Shown here in pieces: positions 29,746 through 40,312 of a stretch of 64,000 nt of DNA. The position numbers and the translations under genes were made by a program. Numbering within the stretch: position 1 is the stretch's first letter; every line of letters starts with the position of its first letter. Source of the stretch: Candidatus Bathyarchaeota archaeon (GTDB lineage Archaea; Thermoproteota; CALKCG01; B24; DRYS01); contig JAGTQC010000001.1 in the NCBI GenBank assembly GCA_018396535.1, positions 32,001 through 96,000 on the forward strand. The letters are read 5' to 3'. The notes beneath the pieces are model-generated. The model worked only from the letters and a program-made list of their open reading frames with translations. It searched no databases and was not told the DNA's origin.

Positions 29746-30300
29746 TTGGTCGTTATAACGGTTAGTGGTCTCCATGGATCCGGTAGATCTACACAGGCTA
29801 AGCTACTAGCTAGAGAGTTTAACTTGAGATATGTATCAGCTGGTCAGCTGTTCAGGGATATAGCTAGAGAGAAGGGTGTAGCTATACATATGCTTAGCTC
29901 ACAGTTGTTATCCGATCCTACGATAGACTATATGATAGATGAGAGAACTAAACGTGAAGCTGAGAAGGGTGATGTAGTACTAGAGGGTGATCTATCCGGT
30001 GTTATGGCTGGTAACCTAGCCGACGTTAAGATATTCTTGAAGGCTTCGGATGAAGCTAGGTTTAGACGTATAGCTAAACGTGAAGGATGTAGTTTAGAAG
30101 AGGCGGCGAAGATCACCTTAGAGAGGGAGGAGAGGGATAGAGTAAGGTTTAAGATATTTTACGGTGTAGATCCATTCGATCTATCCCTATACCATATAGT
30201 TCTAGATACTAGCTTACTAACCGTCGAATCAACTTTCAGAATACTAAAAGTATGTGTAGAAGAGTATATCAAGTGTAAAGGTTTAAGGGGAAATACTTAA
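29746..30300 (+). CDS. cmk: Cytidylate kinase
   Basis: ITVSGLHGSGRST P-loop, SAGQLFR, RIAKRE; synteny. Confidence 0.9.
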   Translation: MVVITVSGLHGSGRSTQAKLLAREFNLRYVSAGQLFRDIAREKGVAIHMLSSQLLSDPTIDYMIDERTKREAEKGDVVLEGDLSGVMAGNLADVKIFLKASDEARFRRIAKREGCSLEEAAKITLEREERDRVRFKIFYGVDPFDLSLYHIVLDTSLLTVESTFRILKVCVEEYIKCKGLRGNT

Positions 30301-30343
30301 GAGTAGGCTGAGTGAATCCCTAGCCTTTTAGAAGGTGATTCCG

Positions 30344-30628
30344 ATGATAGAGGTGGGTAGAGTATGCGTTAAGACGAGGGGTAGGGAGGCTGGTCTTAAA
30401 TGCGTGATAGTAGATATAATAGACGATAACTTCGTATTGATAACAGGTCCTAAGAATATAACTGGTGTTAGGAGGCGTAGAGTTAACGTTAAACACTTAG
30501 AACCTACACAGTATAAGCTAGAGATAGAGAAGGGGGCAAGCGATGAAGCTGTAGCTGAAGCTTGGAGTAGATCTGGTCTACCTGAAGAGTTCTATAAACC
30601 AGTTAAACCTTTATTGAAGCCTATCTAG
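30344..30628 (+). CDS. rpl14e: 50S ribosomal protein L14e
   Basis: EVGRVCVKTRGREAG and RRRRVNVKHLEPT motifs. Confidence 0.96.
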   Translation: MIEVGRVCVKTRGREAGLKCVIVDIIDDNFVLITGPKNITGVRRRRVNVKHLEPTQYKLEIEKGASDEAVAEAWSRSGLPEEFYKPVKPLLKPI

Positions 30629-30640
30629 GGGGTGTAGGTC

Positions 30641-31658
30641 TTAACTTCTACACCTCCATGGAGCGTTAAGAGGGAGTTCATATATAGGGAGACACCGTAT
30701 ACCGATGGAAGGTATGGGTGTAGACCTGATAGAAGACCTATCGATAAACTACTAGAGTATGGAGTGATACTACTCGATAAACCATCAGGCCCTACCAGTC
30801 ATGATGTAACAGCGCTTATCAGGAGGATAGTTGAAGCTAAGAAAGCTGGTCATGGCGGAACCCTAGAAGTCTAGATCTATAAGGGATCTAGACTGGGGAT
30901 ATCCAGCTGTTACAGGTGTTCTACCTATAACTCTGAATAATGCTGTTAAGATAGTTAGAGTTCTACTTAGCGGTGGTAAGGAGTATGTAGGCGTCATGAG
31001 GCTTCATGGAGATGTATCTAGGGATAAGATTAAATCATGCTTCGATATGTTCCAGGGAGAGATATATCAGAAGCCTCCTGTTAGATCATCTGTTAAGAGG
31101 AGGCTTAGAACTAGGCGTATATACTATCTGGAGCTTCTAGAGATCGATGGACGTGATGTACTGTTTCGTGTAGGCTGCGAGGCTGGGACGTATATAAGAA
31201 AGCTATGCTATGATATAGGCGAGATACTCGGCTGCGGTGCTCATATGAAGGAGCTTAGACGTACACGTGTTTCTACATTCACAGAGGATGAATGTGTACG
31301 TGTAGATGATATATTCGATGCTTACATGAGCTGGAAGGAGTCTGGGGATGAATCTATGCTTAGAAGGATTGTTAGACCTATGGAGGATGCTCTAACTATA
31401 CTACCTCAAGTTATCGTTAAGGATACGGCTGTCGAAGCTATATGTAATGGGGCAGATCTAGCGGTACCTGGTATAGTAGCATTCACAGGGGATATAAGAG
31501 AGGGGAGTCTTGTAGCTATACTAACGGTTAAAGGTGAGGGTGTAGCTTTAGGTTTAGCTCAGCTATCTGCGGAGAAGCTTCTAGAGAAGGAGAAGGGGAT
31601 AGCTGTTAAAACTGAGAGGGTTCTCATGCAGCCTGGTACCTATCCTAGGGTATGGTAA
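30641..31658 (+). CDS. cbf5: H/ACA pseudouridine synthase Cbf5, intron-containing (exons ~30641-30866 and 30901-31658; start codon uncertain)
   Basis: Exon 1 [10 protein letters not shown]...KAGHGGTL; the spliced junction gives [12 protein letters not shown]; PUA domain at the C-terminus. Confidence 0.93.
30867..30900 (+). other. 34-nt BHB intron in cbf5
   Basis: Central CCCT/GGGG, bulges AGA and ATA, 10-bp inner stem AGTCTAGATC/GATCTAGACT; in-frame TAG at 30872; splits the catalytic Asp codon. Confidence 0.92.
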
Positions 31659-31659
31659 T

Positions 31660-32868
31660 CTACTCGTAGCGTAGAGCTTCTACAGGCTGGAGTTTAGCAG
31701 CTCTAAGAGCGGGTAGTAGACCACCTATAGCTCCGACAGAAAGGGATAATAGTATAGCGGATAGGATTAGATCGATCGATATCACGGGTGAGGCTGTGAA
31801 CGCTACACCTTCGATTATAGTTAGAGATCTATTAGTCAGTATATGAGCGCATATCATACCTGCTACCACACCTGCTAAGCCTCCTATGAAGCCTATTATG
31901 AGACTCTCAGAGAGTATTAGAAGCATAACCTGTCTATTTGTGAAGCCTACAGCTTTCATAACACCTATCTCCCTAGTCCTCTCCATAACAGATGTGAACA
32001 TAGTAGCCATAACGCCTGTAACCGCTACCGCGAAGCTTATCGATGAAGTAGAGAATAATAGTACATCGAGTATCCTCATTATGTTATCCACCGTCTTAGC
32101 TATCTGCTTAATAGATATAACATCTAGATAGTCTCCGTACAGATCCCTAATCCTACTCACTATGTACTCAACCCTATCTGGGCTACCTGCTACTAGAAAT
32201 ATACCTGTATACTTCTTCTGACCTAGCATAGATGGGCCTGCATCTAGAGGTAGGAATATAGATCGATCTGGGTTAACTATCATTATAGTACCATACGGTT
32301 TCAGTATACCCGCAACCCTAAAGCTAGATATCTTAAGCCTTATAGCTTCACCTTCGATCACAGGTATCCTAACGGTTAGAGCTGAACCTACACTGTAGAG
32401 TTTAACACCACTTCTACTCGATGTAGCTAGTTCAGATCCTATTAGGCATGAAGTATAAGCTTTAGATGGTGGTATAGATCCCTCTTCAACTTCTAACCCG
32501 CCTATAGCTTTCATCAAGACGGTTAGATCTATAGCGTATAGTTGAACCCTGACAGTCTCACCGTCGAGCTTCCTGAACTCTCCTATACTCTGATAGAATG
32601 GTGTGATATAGGCTACACCAGGTATCCTCCTAAGCCTATCTATATCCGTCTGAGATAACTCGTAGTCCTTACCAGGAAATACTACGATCGTATTCTGTCC
32701 TAGAGATGTTAACTGCTCTGATATAACGTTCATATAGCCTCTCGTAGCACTCACTATCGATACTAAAGCTGTAGGGCCTATCATAACGCCTAAAATGGTG
32801 AGGGCAGCTCTAACTCTACGTTCACGTAGTACGCTTATAGATAGGCTTAGTATATCCTCGATCCTCAA
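31660..32868 (-). CDS. ABC transporter permease, MacB/FtsX family
   Basis: RAALTILGVMIG, SVMERTREIGVMKAVG and PVEALRYE motifs. Confidence 0.92.
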   Translation of the reverse strand: MRIEDILSLSISVLRERRVRAALTILGVMIGPTALVSIVSATRGYMNVISEQLTSLGQNTIVVFPGKDYELSQTDIDRLRRIPGVAYITPFYQSIGEFRKLDGETVRVQLYAIDLTVLMKAIGGLEVEEGSIPPSKAYTSCLIGSELATSSRSGVKLYSVGSALTVRIPVIEGEAIRLKISSFRVAGILKPYGTIMIVNPDRSIFLPLDAGPSMLGQKKYTGIFLVAGSPDRVEYIVSRIRDLYGDYLDVISIKQIAKTVDNIMRILDVLLFSTSSISFAVAVTGVMATMFTSVMERTREIGVMKAVGFTNRQVMLLILSESLIIGFIGGLAGVVAGMICAHILTNRSLTIIEGVAFTASPVISIDLILSAILLSLSVGAIGGLLPALRAAKLQPVEALRYE

Positions 32869-32937
32869 ACCTAGGATCCCATCCCAGTAGCTCCTAGATA
32901 AGATGGGTTAGCAGCGATATATCTACATTACCTATCA

Positions 32938-35900
32938 TCAACTCTTCACTATCCTAGTATGCTTAACATACCTTATTATGAAGTAGCCTGCTACAAGCAT
33001 GAATACCGATGCGATGATTATAGGTAGAAGCCTGTATATAGTCTCACCTATAGGCTGCTGTTGAGGTTTAGGCTGCTCACCAACTTCGATACCTACACTA
33101 TATTCGCTACTATAGGATCTACCATAATCATCTGTATACTCTAACGCTATCTTCAGCGTATATACACCTATATCTGCTTCTACCTCTGCTTCGACTGAGA
33201 ACGGTACCTGGGTATCGGGATCTATACTACCTAGATACTGATGCGACTCTGTCTTAAGCTTGAAGCCCGGATGATCTAGTAGATGCACCGTTACATGCTT
33301 AGCAGTCTCCCTACCTATATTCAATAATATACCTGAGATCGTTAAGCTAGCACCCCTATATGCTGGAGATGGTATAACTGTAAGTTCGAGAAGTTTAAAC
33401 TCTATCTCCCCTCTAACGTTTACAGGAAACGTTATGTTATACCTTCTATTATATCCGTAGCTATCTTTGAAAGCTATCATAGCTAATGCTGTAAGGGTAC
33501 CTCTATACGGTGTATTAGGATTGCCGTAGACGCCTGTCTCTACGATTATATGATCCCCGGCTCTGATAACTGGTATATAGAAGACCTGCTTCTCTAAAGC
33601 TACTCCTGGAGGCATATTGAGGAGGATGAAGTATACATCATATGCTGGTGATGAACCAGTATTTATAACTTTAACAGAGAATTTCTTATAACCACCTACT
33701 ATGATATCGGTGGATACCGGTTCTACTTCTATAAGCTTCACGGATCCTAGGATATACATCCTACATTCGATACATACCTCTTGTATCGTATTCCATTGAT
33801 CTAGGAAGCTTAACGTTAAATCGAATCTATATACACCTGGAGAAACCTTTTGAGAAATCGAGAGCGGGATCACGAAGTATACGTAGTCTCCGAGGTTTAC
33901 GGTAGCGGCAGGCTGGATCTCTAAAGGTATTGTTGGAGGTATGATACCCATAGCTATACTTTGAATCGATATAGGTCTTGTGAATACGACTGGCGTTACG
34001 TATCCCTCACATTCACTAGTAGTCGATAAAGAGAATCCTTCAGGCATCTTCACGTAACCTACTAACCCGCTCATAGAGGGTACGGCGACGTTACGTAGTA
34101 TAACTATAAGCTGTACACCTATATCACCTGGACCAGCGCTTACACCATACCAGAAGCTTTGAACGAATTCTATACCCCCATACAGAGTGTTAACCGTTAT
34201 ATTGAACTCATGGGTTTCACTAAGCTTAACACCATAGCTTCCACTCTCCAGTATGTATTCACATACAACTCTACCTTTATAGATACCGGGTTTTAAACCT
34301 CTATCGATGGATACACGTAGATCTAAACTTCTAGAGCTATATCTAGCTAACGATCCAGACATATATATGTTCTGAGGATCCTTCAACCTGAATCCATCTG
34401 GTAGTATGACTTTAAGATGTATACCTGATATACTATAGGGGGATCTATTCACGAAGGTTAGGGTTAGAGTTACATTTTCATCTCCAGGATAGACTGGAAG
34501 ATTCTCTCCCCAACTTACAGATGAAAGCTCTAGATACCCATAGCCTGCTGGAGGCTTAGTTATCGTAACGTTAAGATAGAATAATTTCACCCTATGTAGA
34601 GAAGAGCCGGCATATGATATGGTATACTCAGTTCTCAACGATATCGTGTATACACCTGGTTTCAAATCTGGATCTACATCGATCTCTATGGTAGCTGTCG
34701 ATGTGGATCCAGGATTCAATATGCTTACTCTACTCGTAGTTTTAGAACTTTGAGAATAGCTGAATCCGTATGGAAGAATATACTCTACGGTTAAACCTTC
34801 AGCTGTACGGCTTCCTCTATTAACTATCTCTACTGTTAAAGGTATATTCTGTGCTCCAGGTATAGCATCTACAGGGTTTCCTGGAGAACCCCAGTAGATC
34901 GATACCACATCTAGTATCGTATCTAATACAGATGGATCGTAAAGTTTTACAGGTATATCGAAAGCGTATGTTGATGGAGCGCCTCCGCCACCAGTCTCTA
35001 GTATGTAATCGATCGATAGCTTTACGATATAGGATCCTGGTTTAAGATCCCCAGATATATCGAATGCTACGGTTATAGATGATGATCCGCCTGAAGCTAT
35101 AGGCTGTAGTGCTCCAGGTCTCACAGCTTTGACGATGAAGCCGATAGGCACATCTACACGTATAGCTGAAGCCGATATAGTATACTCTCCAAGGTTAACC
35201 AGGGTTATCGTTAAATCTATATCCTCAGCTCCAGGTATCGGTAATATAGGTTCACCCCTATAGCTCCAGTACAATCCTGATAGTGTTAGGAAGCTAGGCT
35301 TATACGTGTAGATCGGTATAGCTACGTTTAAACTACATGAATCTCTTACAAGCTTACCTTCAAGATTCATCGTATACTCTAGTATAAGCTTAGCCATAGG
35401 CATTACGATAGAATCTTGTAACCCGTAGATCTCGGCTAAGCTACTCGATACATATATACCTCTGAATACAGCTGTAGCAAACCCGCTAACAGGTATCGCT
35501 CCTACTATACATTTCAAGCTTCCCTCCTTATACTTACCATACAATCCTGGTGGAAGTATAAGCGTCGCCGTTACGCCTGTTAGATCGTAGATATCTAGGT
35601 TCGCTACCTGTATCGTAAGACTTAGATCCCTAGATCCTGGTACCGCTAGATCTATCCTACCAGCTTCACCCCAAAAGCATCCGGCTAAAGCTAGGTTAAC
35701 CTTAGGTATAGGATCTACGTGAAGTGTTACGTTGAGATCCGCTTCCACACCCCTATACCCATCCTGGAGCGTATACTCAACGGTAAGGTTTGCGTAGTAT
35801 ACTCCTGGAGCTACACTACTAGATATATCCACCTGATACGTTAAGATGAAGGTCTCCCCAGGTTTAGCTATACCGCTCCAAGAAGATACGGCTTCATCAC

Positions 35901-36165
35901 CGCCATATATACTTGTAAACCCTGATGGAAGCTTCAACCTACCTGTAGCAGCTGTTATATTATTCGAGTATAGCTCGTTCCTTAGAACTATCGTAAGCGT
36001 ATTGGATTGCGTACCTGGATATGCTTTAACAGGTCTACCAGTCGTACCCCAATACGAGTCCACTATGGTTAAAGCTGTATCGTATGCTGCTATCCTAACC
36101 CAAACATTCTGGATAGGGGATAGTATAAGTAGCAGTATCAATAGGTATCTATATACCGTATTCAA
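32938..36165 (-). CDS. Large surface protein with repeated Ig-like (COG1361 S-layer-like) domains
   Basis: Signal peptide, repeated YWG...PG..L...N.G...LP.GF...PG.Y units, C-terminal TM anchor. Confidence 0.8.
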   Translation of the reverse strand: MNTVYRYLLILLLILSPIQNVWVRIAAYDTALTIVDSYWGTTGRPVKAYPGTQSNTLTIVLRNELYSNNITAATGRLKLPSGFTSIYGGDEAVSSWSGIAKPGETFILTYQVDISSSVAPGVYYANLTVEYTLQDGYRGVEADLNVTLHVDPIPKVNLALAGCFWGEAGRIDLAVPGSRDLSLTIQVANLDIYDLTGVTATLILPPGLYGKYKEGSLKCIVGAIPVSGFATAVFRGIYVSSSLAEIYGLQDSIVMPMAKLILEYTMNLEGKLVRDSCSLNVAIPIYTYKPSFLTLSGLYWSYRGEPILPIPGAEDIDLTITLVNLGEYTISASAIRVDVPIGFIVKAVRPGALQPIASGGSSSITVAFDISGDLKPGSYIVKLSIDYILETGGGGAPSTYAFDIPVKLYDPSVLDTILDVVSIYWGSPGNPVDAIPGAQNIPLTVEIVNRGSRTAEGLTVEYILPYGFSYSQSSKTTSRVSILNPGSTSTATIEIDVDPDLKPGVYTISLRTEYTISYAGSSLHRVKLFYLNVTITKPPAGYGYLELSSVSWGENLPVYPGDENVTLTLTFVNRSPYSISGIHLKVILPDGFRLKDPQNIYMSGSLARYSSRSLDLRVSIDRGLKPGIYKGRVVCEYILESGSYGVKLSETHEFNITVNTLYGGIEFVQSFWYGVSAGPGDIGVQLIVILRNVAVPSMSGLVGYVKMPEGFSLSTTSECEGYVTPVVFTRPISIQSIAMGIIPPTIPLEIQPAATVNLGDYVYFVIPLSISQKVSPGVYRFDLTLSFLDQWNTIQEVCIECRMYILGSVKLIEVEPVSTDIIVGGYKKFSVKVINTGSSPAYDVYFILLNMPPGVALEKQVFYIPVIRAGDHIIVETGVYGNPNTPYRGTLTALAMIAFKDSYGYNRRYNITFPVNVRGEIEFKLLELTVIPSPAYRGASLTISGILLNIGRETAKHVTVHLLDHPGFKLKTESHQYLGSIDPDTQVPFSVEAEVEADIGVYTLKIALEYTDDYGRSYSSEYSVGIEVGEQPKPQQQPIGETIYRLLPIIIASVFMLVAGYFIIRYVKHTRIVKS

Positions 36166-36851
36166 TCCTTCTCACCCACTATCACCCCATCCCTTATATA
36201 TATTATCCTCCTAGCTTCGCTAGCTACATTCTCATCATGGGTAACTATAACTATAGTTCTACCCTCCTCGTTAAGCTTCCTAAGCAATCTGAGAACCTCA
36301 GCTTCAGTCCTAGAATCTAGGGAACCTGTAGGTTCATCAGCTAGTATCATACGCGGATTATGAACTATAGCTCTAGCTATAGCAACCCTCTGCTGCTGCC
36401 CACCCGAAAGCTGGTTAGGCCTCTTAGAAAGCCACCCCTCCTCACCCTCAACCCTAAGCAATGCTTCGATAGCAAGCTTCCTACGCAAATCCCTAGGCAC
36501 ACCCCTAGCTATAAGTGGAAGCTCTATATTCTCTAAGACAGTCATGCGGTTAATAAGGTTAAACTGCTGGAATACGAAGCCTATCTTAACATTCCTAAGA
36601 TAAGCTAGCTCCTTATCCGATAGCATACTCGTATCCACACCATCGATTAAAACCCTACCAGATGAAGGCCTATCTAGAAGACCCATTATGTGGAGGAGAG
36701 TAGATTTACCATGACCAGACGGCCCCATAATAGCTAGATACTCCCCATCACCAACATAGAGATCTACACCTCTCAAAGCCCAAGTCTCCACAGACTCGGA
36801 AAGCCTATAAACCTTAGTTACACCGATAACCTCCAGAATATAAGCTGGCAT
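36162..36851 (-). CDS. ABC transporter ATP-binding protein (LolD/MacB-like)
   Basis: GPSGHGKST, LSGGQQQR and ADEPTG motifs. Confidence 0.95.
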   Translation of the reverse strand: MPAYILEVIGVTKVYRLSESVETWALRGVDLYVGDGEYLAIMGPSGHGKSTLLHIMGLLDRPSSGRVLIDGVDTSMLSDKELAYLRNVKIGFVFQQFNLINRMTVLENIELPLIARGVPRDLRRKLAIEALLRVEGEEGWLSKRPNQLSGGQQQRVAIARAIVHNPRMILADEPTGSLDSRTEAEVLRLLRKLNEEGRTIVIVTHDENVASEARRIIYIRDGVIVGEKD

Positions 36852-36922
36852 AAACCCTAAGAAACTCTAGGGATACCTCCCTAAAACTTTTATCCCTCTA
36901 AACCTCTTTAACCAAGCATGAA

Positions 36923-37008
36923 GCCGGGGTCACCTAGCCTGGTAGGGTGCAGGCCTGGAGAGCCTGTGGCGCATCCGCGCCGCGCGGGTTCAAATCCCGC
37001 CCCCGGCG
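36923..37008 (+). tRNA. tRNA-Ser(GGA)
   Basis: GCCGGGG acceptor, CAGGC-CTGGAGA-GCCTG anticodon arm, long variable arm, TTCAAAT loop. Confidence 0.95.
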
Positions 37009-37023
37009 TATTTTTGAAAAGCA

Positions 37024-37532
37024 ACCTAAAATCTCCTGTGGAGCTGGCGTGCATGGAGATGCGGCGATGATTGGGGTTGGATCGGGGGTTGTTCAGTTCT
37101 TCACCTCCAAGCTAGGCGTAGAATATTGTGGCTAAGGCTATGATCGCTAGTATTGAGTCCATTATGCCAAATGGATAAAATGATGGAGCTAGAGTCATCG
37201 TCTTTATGCTCAACGCCGTGCTGAAGGCTATACCCCCACTTCCTCCTCATTCAGGTTTCGTAGTCCGTAATCAGCTTTGATACATCATAAATAGCGCTTA
37301 TAGTAGCCCAAAACATTTTTCTCTACAAATCCTATTGGGGGTCGTTTGATGGGGGCGTGATTAACGTACCTAAAATCTCCATGAGACTATGTGTTAAAAA
37401 CGCAATAGAAGCTATTTTCAAGCTAGTCTCTTTATCCATCCCTTCAAACAATATTGAAATATCTATACTGTCTTTACTGTCTTTATCCTCCAGCCATTTA
37501 TGTCGTTTACGCATATTATCCCCTGAGATCAT
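37024..37532 (-). pseudogene. Probable degraded membrane transporter remnant (LysO/DUF340-like fragments)
   Basis: Fragments IASIAFLTHSLMEILGTLI and TLAPIILSI separated by stops; 13-bp direct repeat ACCTAAAATCTCC at 37024 and 37368. Confidence 0.3.
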
Positions 37533-37773
37533 TCATAGGATATGTGGTGTTTTCCTCCGGTATTAGTAAACCTTTTATCCGGCGGATGAAACTATTAAGC
37601 AGCTGGTTCTCCCTCGTAGCACGCGATTTAACGCAGGCTTACTTAAAACCCCTGTTAACGGTCCTATTATCTTAAGAGATTATCAGAACGTTAATGCTAA
37701 ACGCTAGGAGATTGAAATATTTAGTTTGAGAAATGTGTTACATGTTACGTGTTCTCGTGGGGGTATGGTAGCT

Positions 37774-38289
37774 ATGAGGATAGCTATAGTATACTATTCT
37801 AGGACTGGGTATACTGAGCGTATCGTCGATGAGCTGGGGTTATATCTAAAGAACGAAGGCTTTATGGTTGATGTCTACAAGGTCATTCCCGTAAGAGAAT
37901 ACTCTAAGCCTTTGCACTTAAATCCTAGACTTATATATGATACCCTTGTTAAGAGAGGGACGGATATAAGATTCGAACACAGCGAACCGAAACTGAACGA
38001 TTACAGCGCTGTTATCGTTGCATCACCTATATGGATCGGCATGCTTTCGCCACCAGTACAAGAATTTCTGAGAAAATATACTGTAGCGAGATTGATGATC
38101 GTTACCACTAGTATTCAAAGCATAAGGGTCGATAAGATTGAGAAGATTGTTGAAAAACTCTGCGGAGCTAAGCCCCTGATATGCGTAAACATCAGAGATG
38201 CTACGATCAGAAACTCTGTCAAGCTTAGAGAAGCAATCGAAGATATTGCTAAAAAATTCAAGGCCATCGTAAAAGGGGAAGATATATAG
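37774..38289 (+). CDS. Flavodoxin-family protein
   Basis: IVYYSRTGYT FMN-binding motif, ASPIW. Confidence 0.85.
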   Translation: MRIAIVYYSRTGYTERIVDELGLYLKNEGFMVDVYKVIPVREYSKPLHLNPRLIYDTLVKRGTDIRFEHSEPKLNDYSAVIVASPIWIGMLSPPVQEFLRKYTVARLMIVTTSIQSIRVDKIEKIVEKLCGAKPLICVNIRDATIRNSVKLREAIEDIAKKFKAIVKGEDI

Positions 38290-38542
38290 CTACGTAAACA
38301 AGATTATTGATCGCGATCTAAGCGATACAGGAGAATAATGCTAGCCTAATTCGCATCGGTGAGTAGTAAGAGCCGGATAATTTCTACCATGCCTTAACTG
38401 CTTCTCTAGGCTTCATCAACCCATGGCTTCCTCTATGATCCTTTAGCAACTATTTGATCAATCATAGTATTTTATCTCTAGGATTTTGTTAGCTACACCC
38501 TTATCCCTCCAATATCAAGCATATAATGAGGATTGGCTAATT

Positions 38543-39490
38543 TTAGATTGGCTTAGCTCTGTAATATTCGTTTCCGTTATATTCAAGCTTTACCAGTCTG
38601 CCTTCCTGTAGAAGCTTTTCTACTATCTGCCAATCTGCTTTAGCTTTCTCTAAGAGTTTTATCATAGCTTCCTTACGTATCGGGTGGACTGCTGCTATTC
38701 CAAGTATCTCATCCTCTATCCTACCAGTAAAGGCAAAGTCGTTTCCCTCATGCTCCACCAAGAATTTCACCCTACTACCTCCAAGAATTCTAGAGAATAT
38801 TTGAAAAGCTTCATTTAGAATCTCTCTTCTAGCAGGCTTAACCCATTTTTCAGATGGAGGTCTAACCGGTACACTGATGTATGCTACGCTTAGATTATCT
38901 AATCCTTCTAGAAATCTCCCTATACGTTCAAACTCTCCGTTATACTCTACCCCGTCGATTATCATCGTCTCGCTTATTACTACTCCATTAAATTCTTCAG
39001 TAAATCTTCTTACACCTTCTAGAATCCTATTTATCTGGAGGCTTTCATGAGGCTTATTCACCAATCTCCATAACTCCTTGCTAACCGCGTCTACTTTTAA
39101 TGATACAAGATCCGCTTCTAAGAGGCTCTTTCTCACATCTTTATTCCAGAGTAGAGAAGCGTTTGTTAAAACCGCGATGGGGATACCTATCCTTTTTAAA
39201 AGTGAGATCTCCCTACCTAAATTAGCGTCTAGGGTTGGCTCACCATCTGGGACAAAGGTTAAGTAATCGATATGCTCGTCTTTTAGATGTATATCCTTAA
39301 CCCTCTTTTCGACCTCGGTCAGAATATCTTCTGGCTTATAGAATCTCCGTCTTCTAATAATCTTATTCGTTGTTTCACCTAGCTGACAGTAAATACATGA
39401 ATACGTACATACCTTGTATGGAACATTATTTATTCCGAGACTTCTTCCTAAGCGTCTTGAAGATATAGGCCCAAACGCTAGCGATACCAT
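38543..39490 (-). CDS. Radical SAM protein
   Basis: FGPISSRRLGRSLGIN, CTYSCIYC and DGEPTL motifs. Confidence 0.9.
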   Translation of the reverse strand: MVSLAFGPISSRRLGRSLGINNVPYKVCTYSCIYCQLGETTNKIIRRRRFYKPEDILTEVEKRVKDIHLKDEHIDYLTFVPDGEPTLDANLGREISLLKRIGIPIAVLTNASLLWNKDVRKSLLEADLVSLKVDAVSKELWRLVNKPHESLQINRILEGVRRFTEEFNGVVISETMIIDGVEYNGEFERIGRFLEGLDNLSVAYISVPVRPPSEKWVKPARREILNEAFQIFSRILGGSRVKFLVEHEGNDFAFTGRIEDEILGIAAVHPIRKEAMIKLLEKAKADWQIVEKLLQEGRLVKLEYNGNEYYRAKPI

Positions 39491-39843
39491 ACGCTATATT
39501 TAACCTTACTCGACTCTTTAAGCCTTCACCTAGATTTCTCGAATACATTCATAGTACTCTTAATATGACTGTAGACGGATATGAAATGAATGTTAACCAC
39601 TCATTAGCTATCTAAGCCCATGTAGTGCTTCCAAAATGGAGTCATATCGTATGGCGTAGCTATTCACGGTCGTTTACAGAGGTCTCCGCTATCTTAAAAC
39701 ACCTTCTGCTAAACCAACCCTACTAGCATGATAGGCTTCTTAAAGCTTAAGTCGAAGCGATACTAAGGAAGCTATGCCATGATATGATGCGGACTTTTCT
39801 AAATAAGCTATAAATCTACACCAAATGGTGTCTGGAGGAGAAA

Positions 39844-40305
39844 ATGGTTATATGCATGTTTAGGTTATCCTGTAAGTCTATGATGTTTAGGGTTATCTCG
39901 AAGGGTCGTGTAAAATCTCCCTGGATATTCCATCTTAATACTGGATCGTGTAATGGTTGTGATATCGAGATAGTTGCCGCCTTTGCTCCTCGTTATGATC
40001 TTGAACGTTTTGGCTGCCTACTCGTCGGTTCACCACGTCATGCTGATGTACTACTAGTTACTGGGCCGGTTACTCGTCAGATGCTACCCCGTTTGATTAG
40101 GGTTTATGAGCAGATCCCTGAGCCTAAGGTTGTCGTTGCTGTAGGTACATGCGCTTCCTCGGGAAGCCCGTTTCTAGGTAGCGAGATGGTTGAGGGGCCG
40201 GTTGATAGAATAATACCGGTTGATGTATATGTTATAGGATGCCCACCTAGACCTGAAGCGATAGTTAAAGGTGTTGTTACAGCTGTGAAGAGTAAGTTTA
40301 GGTGA
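39844..40305 (+). CDS. Group 4 [NiFe] hydrogenase small subunit (NuoB/EchC-like; start may lie slightly downstream)
   Basis: GSCNGCDIE, SPRHAD, GTCA and GCPPRP motifs. Confidence 0.92.
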   Translation: MVICMFRLSCKSMMFRVISKGRVKSPWIFHLNTGSCNGCDIEIVAAFAPRYDLERFGCLLVGSPRHADVLLVTGPVTRQMLPRLIRVYEQIPEPKVVVAVGTCASSGSPFLGSEMVEGPVDRIIPVDVYVIGCPPRPEAIVKGVVTAVKSKFR

Positions 40306-40312
40306 TCTATGG

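Noticed and set aside
29761-29793. Cmk P-loop GSGRST with Arg in place of Lys as a sign of inactivation
   Set aside because: A conservative substitution in an otherwise intact, syntenic gene; insufficient evidence.
30626-30664. Splicing-mediated L14e-Cbf5 fusion (the two genes share a frame)
   Set aside because: BHB-rule cuts remove 37 nt, which is out of frame; readthrough would need two TAG codons.
36947-37135. 62-aa ORF
   Set aside because: Starts inside tRNA-Ser.
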